DNA of 64,000 nucleotides from Vezdaea acicularis (Eukaryota): NCBI GenBank assembly GCA_026025075.1, contig JAPEUI010000093.1, positions 1 to 64,000 of the forward strand, read 5' to 3'. Shown piece by piece: positions 50,470 to 64,000 of this stretch (position 1 is its first letter; each line of letters starts with the position of its first letter). The notes under the pieces were generated by a model. It saw only the letters and a program-made list of their open reading frames with translations, ran no database searches and was not told where the DNA came from. The position numbers and the translations under genes were made by a program.

Positions 50470-53014
50470 TCATTCACTCGTCTCTCCGCTCCCGCCACTT
50501 TCATCTGCCGAGGCGTATGGAGCATCCGCCATTTCTTCGTCACTCTGCTCCTTATCTTCTTGGCGCCTCTTGTCGGCCGCCTTCCTTCCGATCTCGATTA
50601 GCTTCGCCTTCTCTTCCCTCGCCCTCCGTTGCCCGGCTACAAATGCGCCCAATGGACTTTTTTCCCACTCCGTATCTTTCAAGAAGTCCTCGACGCCCGC
50701 ACGGTCGTTTGGTGCGAAATCGACCTTAGCCCGCCTCTCCTCTATCCATCGGCTGTTGGTTTCAAGCTTTTGTATGAGAAGTGCAAGTGCCGAGTTCACC
50801 TTGTTATTTTTATTACCCGTAACTTTGTTAAAGGCATCCTTTAGCCACCGTTTTAACATCACGATGGCTGGTAACGCAAGCTCTGGGAAGGCAATACTTT
50901 TGGTCCATAGCACAAAGAATTCTGCCATTAACTCTACAACTTGCTCACCGACACCCTCTTGGTAGACTCGAGTGCGAAGGTAGGACTTTGGTGCTCGAAT
51001 GGCGGTTGTAAAGTCCAGAGCCTTGATTGTACTCGCCTTGGGAGGCTTCCTCATTTCCACGGAGTTGAGAACCTCTAGCAAAGCGGGTACCAGGGGTATG
51101 TAGGTCCCTGTCGCGAGAGATAACCGCAGGAGAGATCTTATGAGTTGAAACCTGAGAGGGAAATACTGTGCTGAAGGTATCAGTCGAAGCGAGCCAAGCG
51201 TCAATTGGACTGTAGGATAGATCAGAGGCCGTAACGCAGACTCCTTCCCATTCTGTGCTTCCTGAAACGACTCGCAATGAACGGAAAGTACCCTTGACCA
51301 GAAGTCTAACGAGTGCACAAACTGCCAATTATACACGTCTTTGTAGGAATCCTGCTCAAATTAGCCTTGAGCTTGAATTCAGATTGTATGGATATACCTT
51401 GGCATTATTTGCGATACTTCCTCTCAAATGGACTGCCAGCTGTCGGATGAAAGAGAACCCGGTCGTATAGCCCACCGATGGATCGATCCCCCAAAGCTCC
51501 GCGGCAGAATTCTTCATCAGATTCACTCCCTGAACTGTGTGGACAGTAGTATTACGGCTGCCCTTTACCAAGCCCTGGTATACAGTTTTCAATACTCCTT
51601 CTCTAATTCCGGCGTCTCCAATTATAACCAGTCGTCGAACGGCAAGGAAGGCATTGATACGAGTAGTCTCTATTCCGGATGGCTCAGACCATATGCCAAC
51701 GACTATCTTCATGAAATTCTTGACGATCTTCTTAAACGAGAGCAGGTACGGAAGTATCGGGATGATAGATGATAGGGTAAGATTCAACGTCGCGGCATCC
51801 GAGAGGGTGGTGAGGAGGTGACATAGAGCAGTGGAGTGCGACTTGAGGAGAGGAACAAGGCTTCGATACTTTTTAGAGTCTGTTGGTACACGACTAGAAA
51901 GCATTAGTTCCCTTCATTGAAACTATAGGTAGGATAGCTTACATTTTCCCTCCAGTAGTTTCCTTAACTGGTAGATGGTTCTTAAGAACTTCCGGAACGT
52001 TCTGGAGGGTTGTAAGTAGTAATTCATGATAAACTAGTCATGTTAGCTGTGATATAAGCTCGGAAAACTTCATCACACACCTTCCGGACTCGAAATGGTA
52101 TATTTATACTCTTTATTGTCATCTTCATTGACATGGACCGCCGCTCTAAACGCGAGAACCACCTCACGCATGGAGCGGAGAGAATGCTGTTGAGCCATGG
52201 CAGCTGTCCACTTTTTCACCATGGCTATAGAGACTTCAGCACTATCCCCCGTGACGCTATCGTCTTCCTGCTCAATGCTTTGCTCCGAATGCACATCCAA
52301 ATCCACGGCCGATAGGGGTTCATGCCTTGCCTTTGCAAGCAAACGAGCTTGCCCTAGCTCTCCAACAGCCTCCCCTCTTTCCCTCTTCTTACGTATCTGA
52401 CTCCGCGTTCCTGTTTCATCCTCCTCGCTGGTGCCATGTAGATCAACCCCTCTCCGGCCACCATCTTCGCCAAATTCGAGGAGCTCGCCGTCATTCTCCT
52501 TCAGAAACTTATAGAAATCTGGGTCTTTCTTCTTCAGGCCCTCAATTTGTTCCTTGTGCAAATTGAAGTCTGCTTCTTCATCAAAGCTCGACGCAGAATC
52601 GCTAGGTGGGATGTCAGCTTCGAGTGATTTGGCCGAATCAGAGTTGTTGCCGTCATCTACCGCTTCAGTGCGCTTTCTTTTGCCAGCAATCTTTGACACT
52701 ACCGGTTTCGCCGCCTTCCTTTTGCTTTCATTACTTGGATTCTCTGGAACCTCAAACCCTCCTTGAAAAAACTCATCGACCGTCATCTCCTCGAATCCGT
52801 TCGAGGCCTTTTCTCCCCTATGCTGGGTCTTAGTACCTGTTCCTGCATCTTTGTACAGCTCTTCCTCGGTTCTGTCCTTGGCACTGCGAGCCTTCCGATT
52901 ACTTGTGATCTGGTTGCGCTGCTTGATCTTCTTGAACTGTTTGCGGCGCTCAATCGTGTCTTTCAGATTGTTCTTTTCGAACTTTCGAGTTGACTTCTTT
53001 GTAGTTTTCGCCAT
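50470..53014 (-). CDS. NOC2: Nucleolar complex protein 2
   Basis: KKSTRKFEKNNLKDTIERRK, LKKKDPDFYKFLKEND, GFSFIRQLAVHLR, YNWQFVHSLDFW, LRPLIYP, SIAFPEL; several short introns. Confidence 0.95.
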
Positions 53015-53256
53015 TTTGAGGTCTTGTATATTGTTTCATGGGTCAACAGGCCTAAGAGAGCCTGGTTTTGGGGCCTGTCATACAAGACCGTGCATGAGGT
53101 AGGGTGTGGTTCGAAATGTTAGGAAATTTTATAAGTGCCATTGCGGAAGTGTTCCGCAGCAGAATTACGTAGCGGACTTCATCCACCAAGCCTCTGGCCC
53201 ATAGGATTAAAGCTCCACGGCTTCGTATCATTACTATCTACGTTGAGGACTTGACT

Positions 53257-54049
53257 ATGCTCAACTCACGGCCTCAACCATATGCGCCTACACCCTACAG
53301 CTACAACCCTTCACTCACTGCCTCTATCCCGCTTGATGAAGAGTTGAAACTCTCAACCAATAACCAAGAACGTGAGGTTTACGACAATCTTGCCGAAATA
53401 TATAGTGTAATAGTCACTCTTGAAGCCCTCGAAAAAGCTTACATTAGGGATTCACTCAAAGAAAATGAGTATACAGAGGCTTGTGATAGACTTTTAAAGC
53501 AGTACAAAGCAATACTCGCAGACGAAAATGTTGCGCGACATTTCGGGGATCTAGAGACTTTTAAGAGGGACTGGGAGGTACGTTATTTGCATCCTTTACT
53601 CGAGAGTGTGCGATATTGCTCTGCGTGTGCGCTGACAGACCATTTTTACTTAGGTCGAGTGTCCTAGAGCTACTGAACGCTTACGGATCGGTCTTCCTGC
53701 CACTGTAGAACGCGGTTCGTCGCAAGCCGCAGCGACTTCGAATGGAAGCCATGGCTCCGGTGTAACCAGTGCCGCGCTCTTCGATGCTGCTGAGACTTTC
53801 ATCACATTTATCGATGCTGTAAAACTAGAGTGGCTCGCAAAGGATACATTACACCCTTTATTGGGCGAAGTCATTAAATCTGTAAATAAAGTAACAGAGA
53901 AAGACTTTGAGGGGCGGGGTAAAATTGTTCAATGGCTGATCACCCTAAACGGAATGAAGGCTACGGAAGAGCTCAACAAAGAGCAAGCTAGAGAACTTAT
54001 GTTCGACATGACGGAGGCATACAATGGCTTCCGAGAGACAATGAAGTGA
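53257..54049 (+). CDS. VPS28: ESCRT-I subunit Vps28
   Basis: LDEELKL...[60 protein letters not shown]; intron 53578-53654. Confidence 0.95.
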
Positions 54050-54086
54050 GGTTTTAAATGATGCTCCAACGCTAATAGTATACATT

Positions 54087-56821
54087 TCAATGTCCTACAC
54101 CACCGGCGACCCAGTTATTTAGTTCGGGGTCTCCTGGCAGTGGAAATAGACCCCGATCCACTTGGTTATCCCCTTGCGCTCCTGGTACGCCGTCACCATG
54201 CGCTTGATCCCGATTTTCAGCTAAACGCCGGTGATTCAGCCGCCTCTGCTGCCGATAATACACCAAAAAGAGCAGAGTTCCCGCCAGGCTGAGGATTAGG
54301 AGGGTCTCCAGAAAACTTTCGTCCATCTCTAAATACAAATCATCTTCGCTTGACGGTGGTTCGGTGACAGGGTTCGTCAAGTCGTCACCATCGTCGCCAT
54401 CTGGGAAATTAGTGTGATCATCTTTGAGGAAATTTTGGACCCATTCGCTAACAGACCATTCCTTTTTTCGCTCTGAACATGGTGGGCGTATATTAGAAAG
54501 CAGACAGTAATCTGGAGTATTACATGCACATACCTGGCTCGTTTTGTATGGAATTGACACGGCCGTTTGTGATCGTGTTCCAAAAGCTTCGTAGTCTCAG
54601 CTTCAGTAATGCCATAGACACAGGCAGATAAGCTTCTTGATTTGTCTCAAGTGCCTGATCATAGAACCTCTTCGCAAGGTGAAAGTCTTGCTCTACTCCG
54701 AGACCGTTCTCATGCATCCAACCCAAGTTCCACAAAGCTTGTGCACTTTGCTGGAATTCTGAGGCGGCTTGATAACAAGCCGCTGCCTTCTCCTCATCGG
54801 CCTGAGTTCCGATTCCTGCGTGATAGTAATCACCCATCTTGACCATTGAGTCCATGTTAGATTGCTTCGCTGACCTCGTCCAATATATCAGGGCTAGAGC
54901 AGCATTGCGTAGAAAAGAGGGCCTTGATCTTCGGATAGGTAATAAAAAGTCTAGTGACAGGCGGGACTTCTCTTCATCCAACAGATAAGCAACATTTGCC
55001 TGGGCTGCTTCAAACCCCTGCTCAGCTGCCATCATGTATCTGACCAGAGCCCCTTCCACGTCTCCATTTTTGTATGCTTCATTAGCAGTATCGAATGATG
55101 AATGTATCGGCTCTGCTTTCTCCGCGACGATCTTGTAGTAAGTGGTGGCCACACCACAAGACCTGTCACGTCCAACGCCCTGGTTTGCTATCTCAGCTAG
55201 ATAGTAGAAGGCCTCTATGTGACCATGCCGAGCTGCCAGCTCGAGATACGAATTGGCGTGGTATGTATCACCTTGGTCCAAGAGCAGCTTAGCTAGATTA
55301 ACCTGTGCCGAGGGGTGGTCTTGGTCGGCCGCAGTCCGAAAATATTCGGCTGCTTTTAGTTCATCCTTCGGCAGCCCAAGACCGTGAAGATATAGAAGAC
55401 CCATGCCATTTTGCGACGTGCTGTCGCCGTTTGCGACACCCCTTTGAAACCACTTGGCGGCCTGATCGTAGCTTTGTTTAACGGCCTCTCCTCGTAGATA
55501 CATTCTCCCTAGATAAGATGCCGCTTTCGCGGCAATTTTATCAATCCCCGGTGGAGCCTTCGAGTTAATGTTCCCTTCTTTGTCCCAATATTTCCTAGCG
55601 ATTCGCTGAAAGTACACTCGTGCCTTGTTGAGGTTTCGATCGAGGACCCGGGAGCCATCATAATATAACCTTCCGAGACTGAACGTAGCTTTGAAATCGT
55701 CCTTCCTCGACATTAGATCTAGATACTCCAAAACATCTTCCAAAGCAGCATGTGTGTTCGAGCCTACGTCTCCTTTAATGGCGTGCACTCCGGAGCTACT
55801 GACGCTTGCACCTTCTCCATAGACACCCCCTTCATCGTCAGCAAGTCGGTATGCATTTTTAATAATTGACCTTCCACCAGGAGGACCAGATTCGTAGAAT
55901 TGAATAGCCTTCTCAGCAACAGCTTTGTAATGGAAGGACGCTTGCTCACAATTCCGTGGGGTGGCGATTCCAGCATTATATCGGAAAGCTACTGTCATTT
56001 GTGATCTGGTATCGCCTCCCAAAGCGGCAAATGTATGGTACAGCAGGGCCTTAGCTTGATCACGCTGGACGGCTCCGCCAATCCCCGTTGCGTACATGAA
56101 CCCTACCATATGCTGTGCGGAGCTATTCCCTGTAGTCATGGCCAGGTCGTAATATCCTTGAAACGCCTTGGAGTAATTTCGCGGGTGTGAGTAAAATCCA
56201 AAGAAGTTTATATCCGCCAGTAAAAACCTAGCATCCGTATTTCCTTCTTTCGCGGCTGCCTCGAGCAGTTTCACTGCCTGGGCCAAAGGTGTTCCCCACG
56301 TCTTCTGGGCCTGGCCAGTATCGGAGGATTCGTCATAGTTCGGCCCATTCATGAATAGAATGTAAAAGACTTCTTTTAAATAATGCGTGAATATTCTGAG
56401 AATGCCTGACGACCTCTCAAGACGCGAAAGTCGAGCGTTAGTCGGTTCTAATGATTGAAGGATAAACAAGGCCTCCGTTACTTCAAACACGCATTTCCAA
56501 GGTCAGCCTAAGTAAGACAGCTAAATGTAAGTCTTTGCTCACCTCTTCCATCATTTCCACGATCTGCGCTCTCAACCTTACGAAGGACATCATGTATTTT
56601 CGGACCACCAGTATACGCTTGTTGCTCTTTCGCAAGACCTGCGCTGTCGCCATAGATCTTGGATACCTTGCTCTCGCCTTCATGGGCATAGGTGGGTATA
56701 CTCCAAATACATGTGACTACTATGTAGGCAGAGAGTGGTCAGTGGGAAAGGGAAGCTTGACTTGTCGGGCACTCTACTTACAAAGGCAGAGCAAAACCAA
56801 AGGCCATCCTCCGCCCTTCAT
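54087..56821 (-). CDS. HRD3: ERAD ubiquitin-ligase component Hrd3/SEL1L (Sel1 repeats, C-terminal TM)
   Basis: Spliced signal peptide MKGGGWPLVLLCLLVTCIWSIPTYA; many Sel1 repeats; YMMAAEQGFEAAQANVAYLLD, QDFHLAKRFYD; C-terminal TM and WVAGGVGH. Confidence 0.93.
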
Positions 56822-57183
56822 CTTAGGTAGTAGCCTTCAGCTTTTCCTGACGTATTGGAACAAGGTTATTAATGAGCTTCGATTTTGCTCGCATCCGTCT
56901 CGTACAATCATGTTGACGTCCTTACGTTGCTCATAGGCGCAATAGCAAGGTATTCAGAGCATTGAGAAAGACCAGAGCCGAATGGTAAAAGCGAGTTGTC
57001 ATCACCGAGTTTCATGTCGGGGAAGCGAGCATCCAATTAGACGAACCCATTGCCTCCTTGCAACTTATTCTTCATGCGAAGCTATATATCTTCGAATTAC
57101 AAGCTATCTGACGCATGTAACAAATGAGAAAATTGTCTCGATTCTAGTAACTTTCTTGCCCTCTTCCCTCTGCCCCTTGAAAT

Positions 57184-58483
57184 TCATTCGGCACTGTCTG
57201 AATTAGCCCATGCTCTGATCAAGCCATCTTCTCCAGCCGTGTACACAACCCTTGACTTGTGAAAAAGTTAGAGCTCTTTCATAATTGCAAATAGACCATT
57301 TGCACCTACCTTTTCCTCTACATATACCGATCGAACTATTTCGTCTCCGTGCGCTTCGGGGATTCTGATGATCGCATCTGGATCGAATGTCCAGTGCGGC
57401 TCTGATCTCAAATTGAAGATATCTACTCTCTTGTCCCTTCGCATATTCATTTATCTTAGCATAAGAACAGATCTAGTTTCTTAATACCTCGAGGTTCTCT
57501 TTGGACTCACGAATTGTCTCCGACCGCGACAAGCGCGCCATCACCGCTCCAAAGCTTCACGTCGATCACGTATCTACAATTGAGTTTCTCTCTTAAATCC
57601 CCAAAAACCATTGGGGGTGGCTCAATCATCTTTTCCTCAGGGCTTGCGAGTTGATACATTGAGAAAATTTCGTCGTTACTCAGGGCAAAGATATTCGCAT
57701 CGTCAAGAAACCCTGCTTTATGTATCGATGATCCGAATGGGATCACTTGATACAGGGCATCTTCCTCTTCAGCTATAGTCATATCGTAAACATTCAAAAG
57801 GCCATCACTTGATCCAGACAAGAGGAGGGAAGGGTGATGCGGATGAAATTGGACCTGTGTCGAATGTTAGCATAACTTACCCCTTGATTTGGTAGACAAC
57901 TAGCCTCTGTCACATCGTCATTGTGGCTGTCGGCGTACTGCAACTTCGCCACTTCGGGGGTTCTCACATCCCTTAGGTAGTCATTAGCAGCCTTCATATG
58001 GTAGGCGGGATATAGATGTACCAAACCATCACTGATACCTGGTGCCTGTCGTCAGGATCTCCTGTCCCTACTACGATTGCATTTCTCTCAGCATTGCAGT
58101 CGAGGGATACAAGTGGAGCGCGGCCTGCCCAATTGAAAACAATTAACATAATATCAGTGCCATGTAGAGACTAAACCCGTACCGGCATTGAAGGTTGCAA
58201 CTTTAGTGCCAACCCTAATGTCCCAAAAGAACGCGGATCCGTTCACACCAGTTGTTACTAGAATGTTCCCTAACCTGTCGAATGATTTGATACGAGTGAC
58301 CCCGCCATGGCCTGTCTTTAGGACACCTCCGGTAGAAAGAGATAAGGAAAGTGGATCAAATATACGGAGAGAATCATCTGACGATATAGCCGCGATTGCA
58401 TTTGAAGTCGGCTCTAGAGAGTAAATGAAATTATTGAGCGGGAGCGACAAGGAGGATTTTGCGACACAGTTGAAATACTTCAT
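57184..58483 (-). CDS. WD40 repeat protein, WDR89-like
   Basis: AAISSDDSLRIFD, YADSHNDDVTE, LSGSSDGLLNVYD, SIHKAGF, AHGDEIVRS, spliced last exon VYTAGEDGLIRAW; multi-exon. Confidence 0.85.
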
Positions 58484-59284
58484 GCTTGAGGAACATTGGA
58501 TGCCCGTAAACTTCAATTCGCTTTTGACTCGAGCTTACTATAGTACGAACCGGAAGGCTTGGCCAAAAAGACTTCACAGCTGCAACGCCGCTATGACCAT
58601 TTATGGGTTCAGTTGGTAAATTCTGGTGACTCATCAAGAGATATTTATGGAATAGACTCACGAATGCATCAGCCAATTTCTGGGAATGACGTGATTCAGT
58701 TTGCAGTCACGACGATGTTGCAAGTACCCCGAGGGACATGAGTTAGAGGCATGATACGTTGTATGACAACAATGAATTGAATCGATCAATTCCTTCAAGA
58801 CTCGTTACATTCGAGCGAGAATCTTGGGTTGATCCAAGACATAAAATAGTCCGTAAGGAAGCGTAGTTAAGGAAACAAGGCAGAAGGCTTCACATATACT
58901 ACTAGAAGCGCTCTATCATCTTAGGGTTGATTCTCTTGATCACGAGCATATTTGGCAGGCCCACAGAGGCTCTGAGCTGTCTAATTTAAGTCACGTCTAC
59001 AGCGTGATGAATGTTGTCTAATGCAGGCACGGCCAGGTACCAAATTACAGTTTCTATGTTGCACTGGGCATTCCATCCGTTATGGATAACTCATTACGAG
59101 CGGCAGACATACCTATACCCAAGAAAACCAGCCTGTACGAATGGCTTTCAGACTCCAAATCAGTAACCCAACACCTAGCCTCAAGGAGCCTTAAATAAAT
59201 AGCCCTGATATACGCTTGACCTCCTTAATCCAACGCCGATGATGTATTTTAGCGTCTTTATCTATCTCAAGCACGATCGCGAAG

Positions 59285-60765
59285 TCATAGGTAGACCCTC
59301 TTTGCACCACTAGGGTGGCTTTCCCCCGGGCAGTACGGACATTTAAATCGACTTCCTTTGCTTAATCTTGCCAGTGACTCTTGCGCGATGACATGGCCGC
59401 ACGGCTGCATCATTGGCGGGTTCTCCTCTGTGCTTTGTTCCTTTGATACGGGGCAGACAAATATGGAGTGGAAGTGATAAGACGGCGGAAGGGCAATTTC
59501 AACCTGTAAGATGTCAATAATTTGCTGTAGAGCCATGTATTGAAACTCACGGGTAGCTCCTCTTGGGTCGTCCATTCGGTTCTCTTATCCTTCATGATTC
59601 CTGCAAGCTTCAACAGGGTTGGTAGAGCAATTGCCCCTGCGGTTGTTGCAATGTATAACGGTGAGTCAGCCGAAAGCCCAAGAAGTGAGCAGAACTCCCT
59701 CGTGAACGAGTTGGCGACCTCCTCCCAAGCCGAGTCGTTGTGGAAAATATGTCGATAGGGTGAGGTTTGCAAATTCGGAACATACGCCATGCCGGTTACT
59801 AGCTGCTGTATCTCGCGAAGGTATCGGCTCTGAAACCCTGAAAATTCCCTGCGAGCATATTCAAGGGCTTTCGAAAGCCCACCGCTAGCTACCGACTGAT
59901 TTGTATCCGGCTCTTTACCCATAAATAGCCAAATGAACTGTAGCTTAACCAGCTCAAACTCAAGGTTACTCCCTCGAGCTTCTAACATTTCACTGTAATT
60001 CCTTGCCCATTGTATAGCAGGGCCCGGGTTATGCTCATTACGTAGTTGGTCCAAGATATAGTACATATCCGCAAATCGTTGCTGCAAAAACTCAGAGCTT
60101 ATTGAACCGAGATCCATCTCAACTTGCGTGGCGTCATGTGGGTTTGGTGATCCCGGTGTGGGCAGTGGCGTGGGTGGCTTCGCAGCAGCTTCTGCGAGAA
60201 ATTTTGAAGCAACAGAGAACTGGCCTTCTCTCAGGAGGTGCATTGCTATGGCCCGATTGATGAGAGTGGGGTGTGAGGACAAGGCGTCATAATCGGCGTT
60301 TAGGAGCGGCATCGACTTGAAGTTCTGCAAGCTGTCAGTAAAAGTTCTAAATTAAGCTGTTTCAAATGCGGGCCAATAAATACTGACCTTGTCTAGAGCC
60401 TTTTGGTATTTGCCTAAGCCAGAATAGACGCCTTTCAGAGAGTCGTTCGTCCGATCAAATGACTGCTTGACCGGATTTTGAAGCTTTGCTAACGTTGACT
60501 GCGCTTCATCAGGGTCTAGCGGGATAGAGAGTTAGTACATCAGCGTTTAATACATCTCCAAAGCGGGGAAATGTGTGCAATCAAGAAGTCGGAGTTAGTT
60601 TTCAAGCCGAGATTGAATAGAAGAAACCTATTTATGTCCCTTACCCGACGCTATGGATTTCCTAGCTTTTGCAAGGAGGTTGATGGTAGCTTGAACATCA
60701 TCGATGCTCTTCGAGAGATTGCCTTTCTTCACTAATCGCTCGTGCTCAAGTAGAAGTGGGTCCAT
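59285..60765 (-). CDS. RMD5: GID/CTLH complex RING E3 subunit Rmd5/Gid2
   Basis: LisH ([18 protein letters not shown]), CTLH (AIQWA...GSNLEFEL), CRA and degenerate [17 protein letters not shown]...PCGHVI...KCPYCP. Confidence 0.94.
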
Positions 60766-61333
60766 CCTGACCAACTCGCCGTGGTGAAAGGAGAATAAGT
60801 TCGGAGACGTATTCAGATGGTCGGGCCTCTCATCCACAGCTCTGATTGTATATCACAGAGCCAACATAATGAGGTTGCATGCGGGTGTTCGGTTTCATCC
60901 TTGCGGCAATGGGCACATGTTCCAACAACCGTGTACATATACGACCAAATTGGCTGCGTAATGTTTGATAAATGTTTGCATCGACTCGCCTTACATCGTT
61001 GCACTACGAATTGCTCGCCAAGATACATCAGATAGAAAACGGCAATAAACAATTTTTACTATGTTTATGCCTTGAGCAGGAACACTCTTGCTCCACTCTT
61101 TCAGCAGTTGTCTTCCAATGGTAGCACAAATGAATTTACTGCTGCTCCTTTGGGCACCATTGGCAGGCACAACACTGGTATCTGGAGGCTAGCATTAGTG
61201 CTTGTTTCTAACCACCAGCTACTCTTCTTGATACAGCGATAAAGCTGGAGCTTGGATTTCGTGCACGGGTGCAGAGGCATATGCCCGAAAGTCATATGAG
61301 GAATCTGGAGTAATGTAATATAGCATTTCCACC

Positions 61334-64000
61334 ATGCAGGAGCCTACGACCAAATCATTTCCCATACCTGGGGTTCAGACTCCCGAGCAAACAGGAGTAC
61401 ACCCCTCCAAGAGCGGTCCAGCCGTTCAGCCTACCACGAAAATGCAATCTTATCAGCGATTTGTGTTAACAGATCCGGTTGCATTCAGGTAATGGAGATC
61501 ACTAGACAACAGATCGAGACCTTTACTTACTTGTATTCAGATATCTCGAAGAAGACCCGAAAACTACAGTTCTAGAGAGACGTAGGTATCTTGAAGGGTA
61601 CCAGCTGTATATAGTTGAGCAGTGGGGTTGCTCTAGAGTACACCCAACCTTTATAATAAACTCCTACACAGGCGACCCTTCTCATAAGGTTGTCGTTGGA
61701 GTTCTGAGTGTTCCAACTGACGAGGAATCCTGGTCTCCCAGACTTAGGGTCTATATTAAAGCTGTCTCTCAGTTTCACGCTCGAAGGAGCGAGACGCCTC
61801 TTGGAATTTTGATGGTCACGAATTTGAGCGGATTTCCACCCGGACTCACTGTCGTCGCTGTGCCTGACGGAGATGTTCGGAAACATAGGGAAGACTTTAT
61901 AGTCAATGAGAATCTGAAACGTATGGGCTGCTCTGGAAGAGCTGGACTCGCTCTTTCATACCCAACCGGCGCTACACAATCCAAATTCCATAGCCTTTAT
62001 AAGACAAGCGATAGAATACCACTCTACGGTGCTGTCCTCGAACTAGTCAAGCTTTGCCAAATAGCATTGATCCTGTTTGGGGTCCTCGCTCCTGAATATG
62101 CCGATGGCCTTCTTTGTGATATGACAGAGACAGGCATCAACGACTGGTGGACTAATATCGGAATAGAGCATTACGACCTTGAACCCAGTGATGGCATCTT
62201 GGGACCAACTACAGTCGCGGCTCTGCTTGGGTTGTTAATGGGTGCTCGAAACCGCCTCAGTGCTTATGGTGCACAAATGAGCAAAGATCCATTTGACATC
62301 GCGAACATGAAAAGAGGCATAGCACACTTTCAAAAATCTCAAAAGTTACCAAGAACGAAGCGACTCGATACTGGAACAATCAAGCGTTTACGCGAGGTTA
62401 CTGCAAAGGCTGCAAGTGGACAGGGATGGAATATACCGAAAGCTGTCAAATCCACTGTTGCAGAGCTGAGTGGTAAGGGTGGGGATATGATGGGCATGTC
62501 GGGTGTGAGAGAGAGGGCTGGGTTTGCGGAAATAGAGACACCTGATATTGAGCATTTTGTGGAGTATCTCAAGGGTGAAAGAGCAAAATGGCTTTGGCTA
62601 GGTAAACCACGAAAGAGTACAACACAGACTTATTCTGAGCTGCTTCCTACGAGTCAGCACCTGGTCTTCGACAAAGACGATCGGGGAGGATATGTGTGGT
62701 TGGGCCGAAACCCAGGCTCCCATGATGAGGAGGATGTTATAGGTGGTATTTCACAACGCAGTACTGGCTCATCTAGTGTTTATAAAGGCCAGACACCAGA
62801 CTCCGCTACCAGCCTTACATCTCCCATCGACAGGGAGCAAAATTTAAGGAGAAATGTCTTCAAAAGCGTTACGGACCGGATGAGTGACGCCCGCAGTGGG
62901 CTTGGGCGTGTCAAGGACGCGGTAGGTCTTCAAGGTCTGAGAGGAAATAACAGTAAAATATTTAAGGAATCGACAACAGAACTTGCGAATGAGCCCTCGC
63001 AAGGACATAGCGGGACAGGGAAGGAGGCGCCGACATCGGTGGAGGTACATGATCTTGCGGAAATGCCAAGGGCACAAGATCCAAGTCGCTCCTCGCAGGA
63101 ATTACTCTCACAGGCAGATGTCAGTATGTCAAGGAGAGACGTGAGGCAAGGAGACCATTCAACAAGTATTCCGAAACCCAGAGCTTCGTTCTCTTCATCT
63201 CGAAGCTCGTTGTCTATCCTCCCCCCTCCTTCCCATAGAAAAGACGCCCACGTCAGGCTGTCTTCCGATGATGACGCTGAGGACAATGAAGAGGACGATG
63301 CACATCGACTATCTTTCCAAGATGCTAGTCTCACAGACCCGTCTATGGATGGGTCATCCTATCAACTTGGTCTTCATACTAGCCTGATACAGGATCGTGA
63401 CAGTAAGACAGGAGGAGTTGGGCGGCTTTTACGACGCAGTCTGAGCCAAAGCGTTATTGATCAGATATCCGGTCATCACCGTGACGAAAATTGGTGGCCA
63501 AGACATTTATCCTTTGGTGCTGCGGAAGACGCCGTACTTGTTTGGGATGAGGTCCAAGATGTATCTGCGAAACTCGACGATCTGAAGCAACAAAATGAGG
63601 TCACGACGAATGCTCGACGAATGGGCGAGCTCATTTCGCGGGTGAACAACCAAACCCGAACCTGGGTCGAGCGCGAGCTAAAAGGCGTCGAAGACGTGAA
63701 CAATTCATTAGGCCGCGATCAGGAAGATATAATCGTGCAATATCATCAGCACCTGGAAGACTATGAGACTCTTTGTGCCGGTTCTAGTGATCTTCTATCA
63801 GAAGAGCGAGATCATCTTATGGAAGCAATCAAGGAAATAGAAGTCCTCGGCGCTAAACTTGAGTACGAGCTGAACGCGTTGGAGGCGAAGGTGGAAGACG
63901 TTGAGGCCGACGTGGCTGAATATGAGAAAAATGTTCAGGGTATTGAGACTAAAGCAGATGAGGTCGCAGCTGAGGAAAATGCTCCAGAAACGTGGTTTCA
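61334..64000 (+). CDS. STB6: Sin3-binding protein Stb6-like; runs off the right edge
   Basis: Spliced RFVLTDPVAFR|YLEED...GYQLYIVEQWGCSRVHPTF, LMVTNLSGFP, FIVNENLKRMGCSGRAG; long open frame to the window end (missing from the ORF track); coiled-coil end. Confidence 0.85.

Noticed and set aside
53107..53116. GGTTCGAA T-loop-like motif
   Set aside because: No cloverleaf stems around it; not a tRNA
53257..60765. VPS28, HRD3 and RMD5 as a ubiquitin-pathway cluster
   Set aside because: Different complexes and mixed orientations; ordinary neighbourhood of conserved genes

Overview
Eukaryotic DNA from a filamentous ascomycete (Pezizomycotina), judged from short GT-AG introns with CTRAY-type branch sites and clear homologues of TOA1, KIN4/KfsA, GWT1, CDC20, Ral2, NOC2, VPS28, HRD3, WDR89, RMD5 and STB6. 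There are three zones. (1) About 1-4.7 kb is GC-rich, microsatellite-rich and has no credible gene; it carries a degenerate ~300-bp inverted duplication. (2) About 5.6-43 kb is an accessory-looking zone interleaved with a few core genes. It holds a fungal NLR (HeLo-like N-terminus, NACHT, ~16 ankyrin repeats with very high internal DNA identity), flanked by a Cys-rich single-pass membrane protein and by a convergent gene with a HET-S/HeLo-like first helix and a Tyr/Gly/Pro-rich repetitive tail. It also holds a WW-like protein, an M35-like metalloprotease, three related Cys-rich secreted proteins, and a small codon-biased amphipathic protein revealed only by a GC-AG intron. (3) About 43.5-64 kb is dense housekeeping genes, plus a SAM methyltransferase with an apparent signal peptide and Arg/Pro-rich leader. 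The 505-nt TOA1 intron is hairpin-rich. All gene models were spliced by hand and family names come from motif recognition; no database search was run. No tRNA, rRNA, transposase or CRISPR array was recognised.
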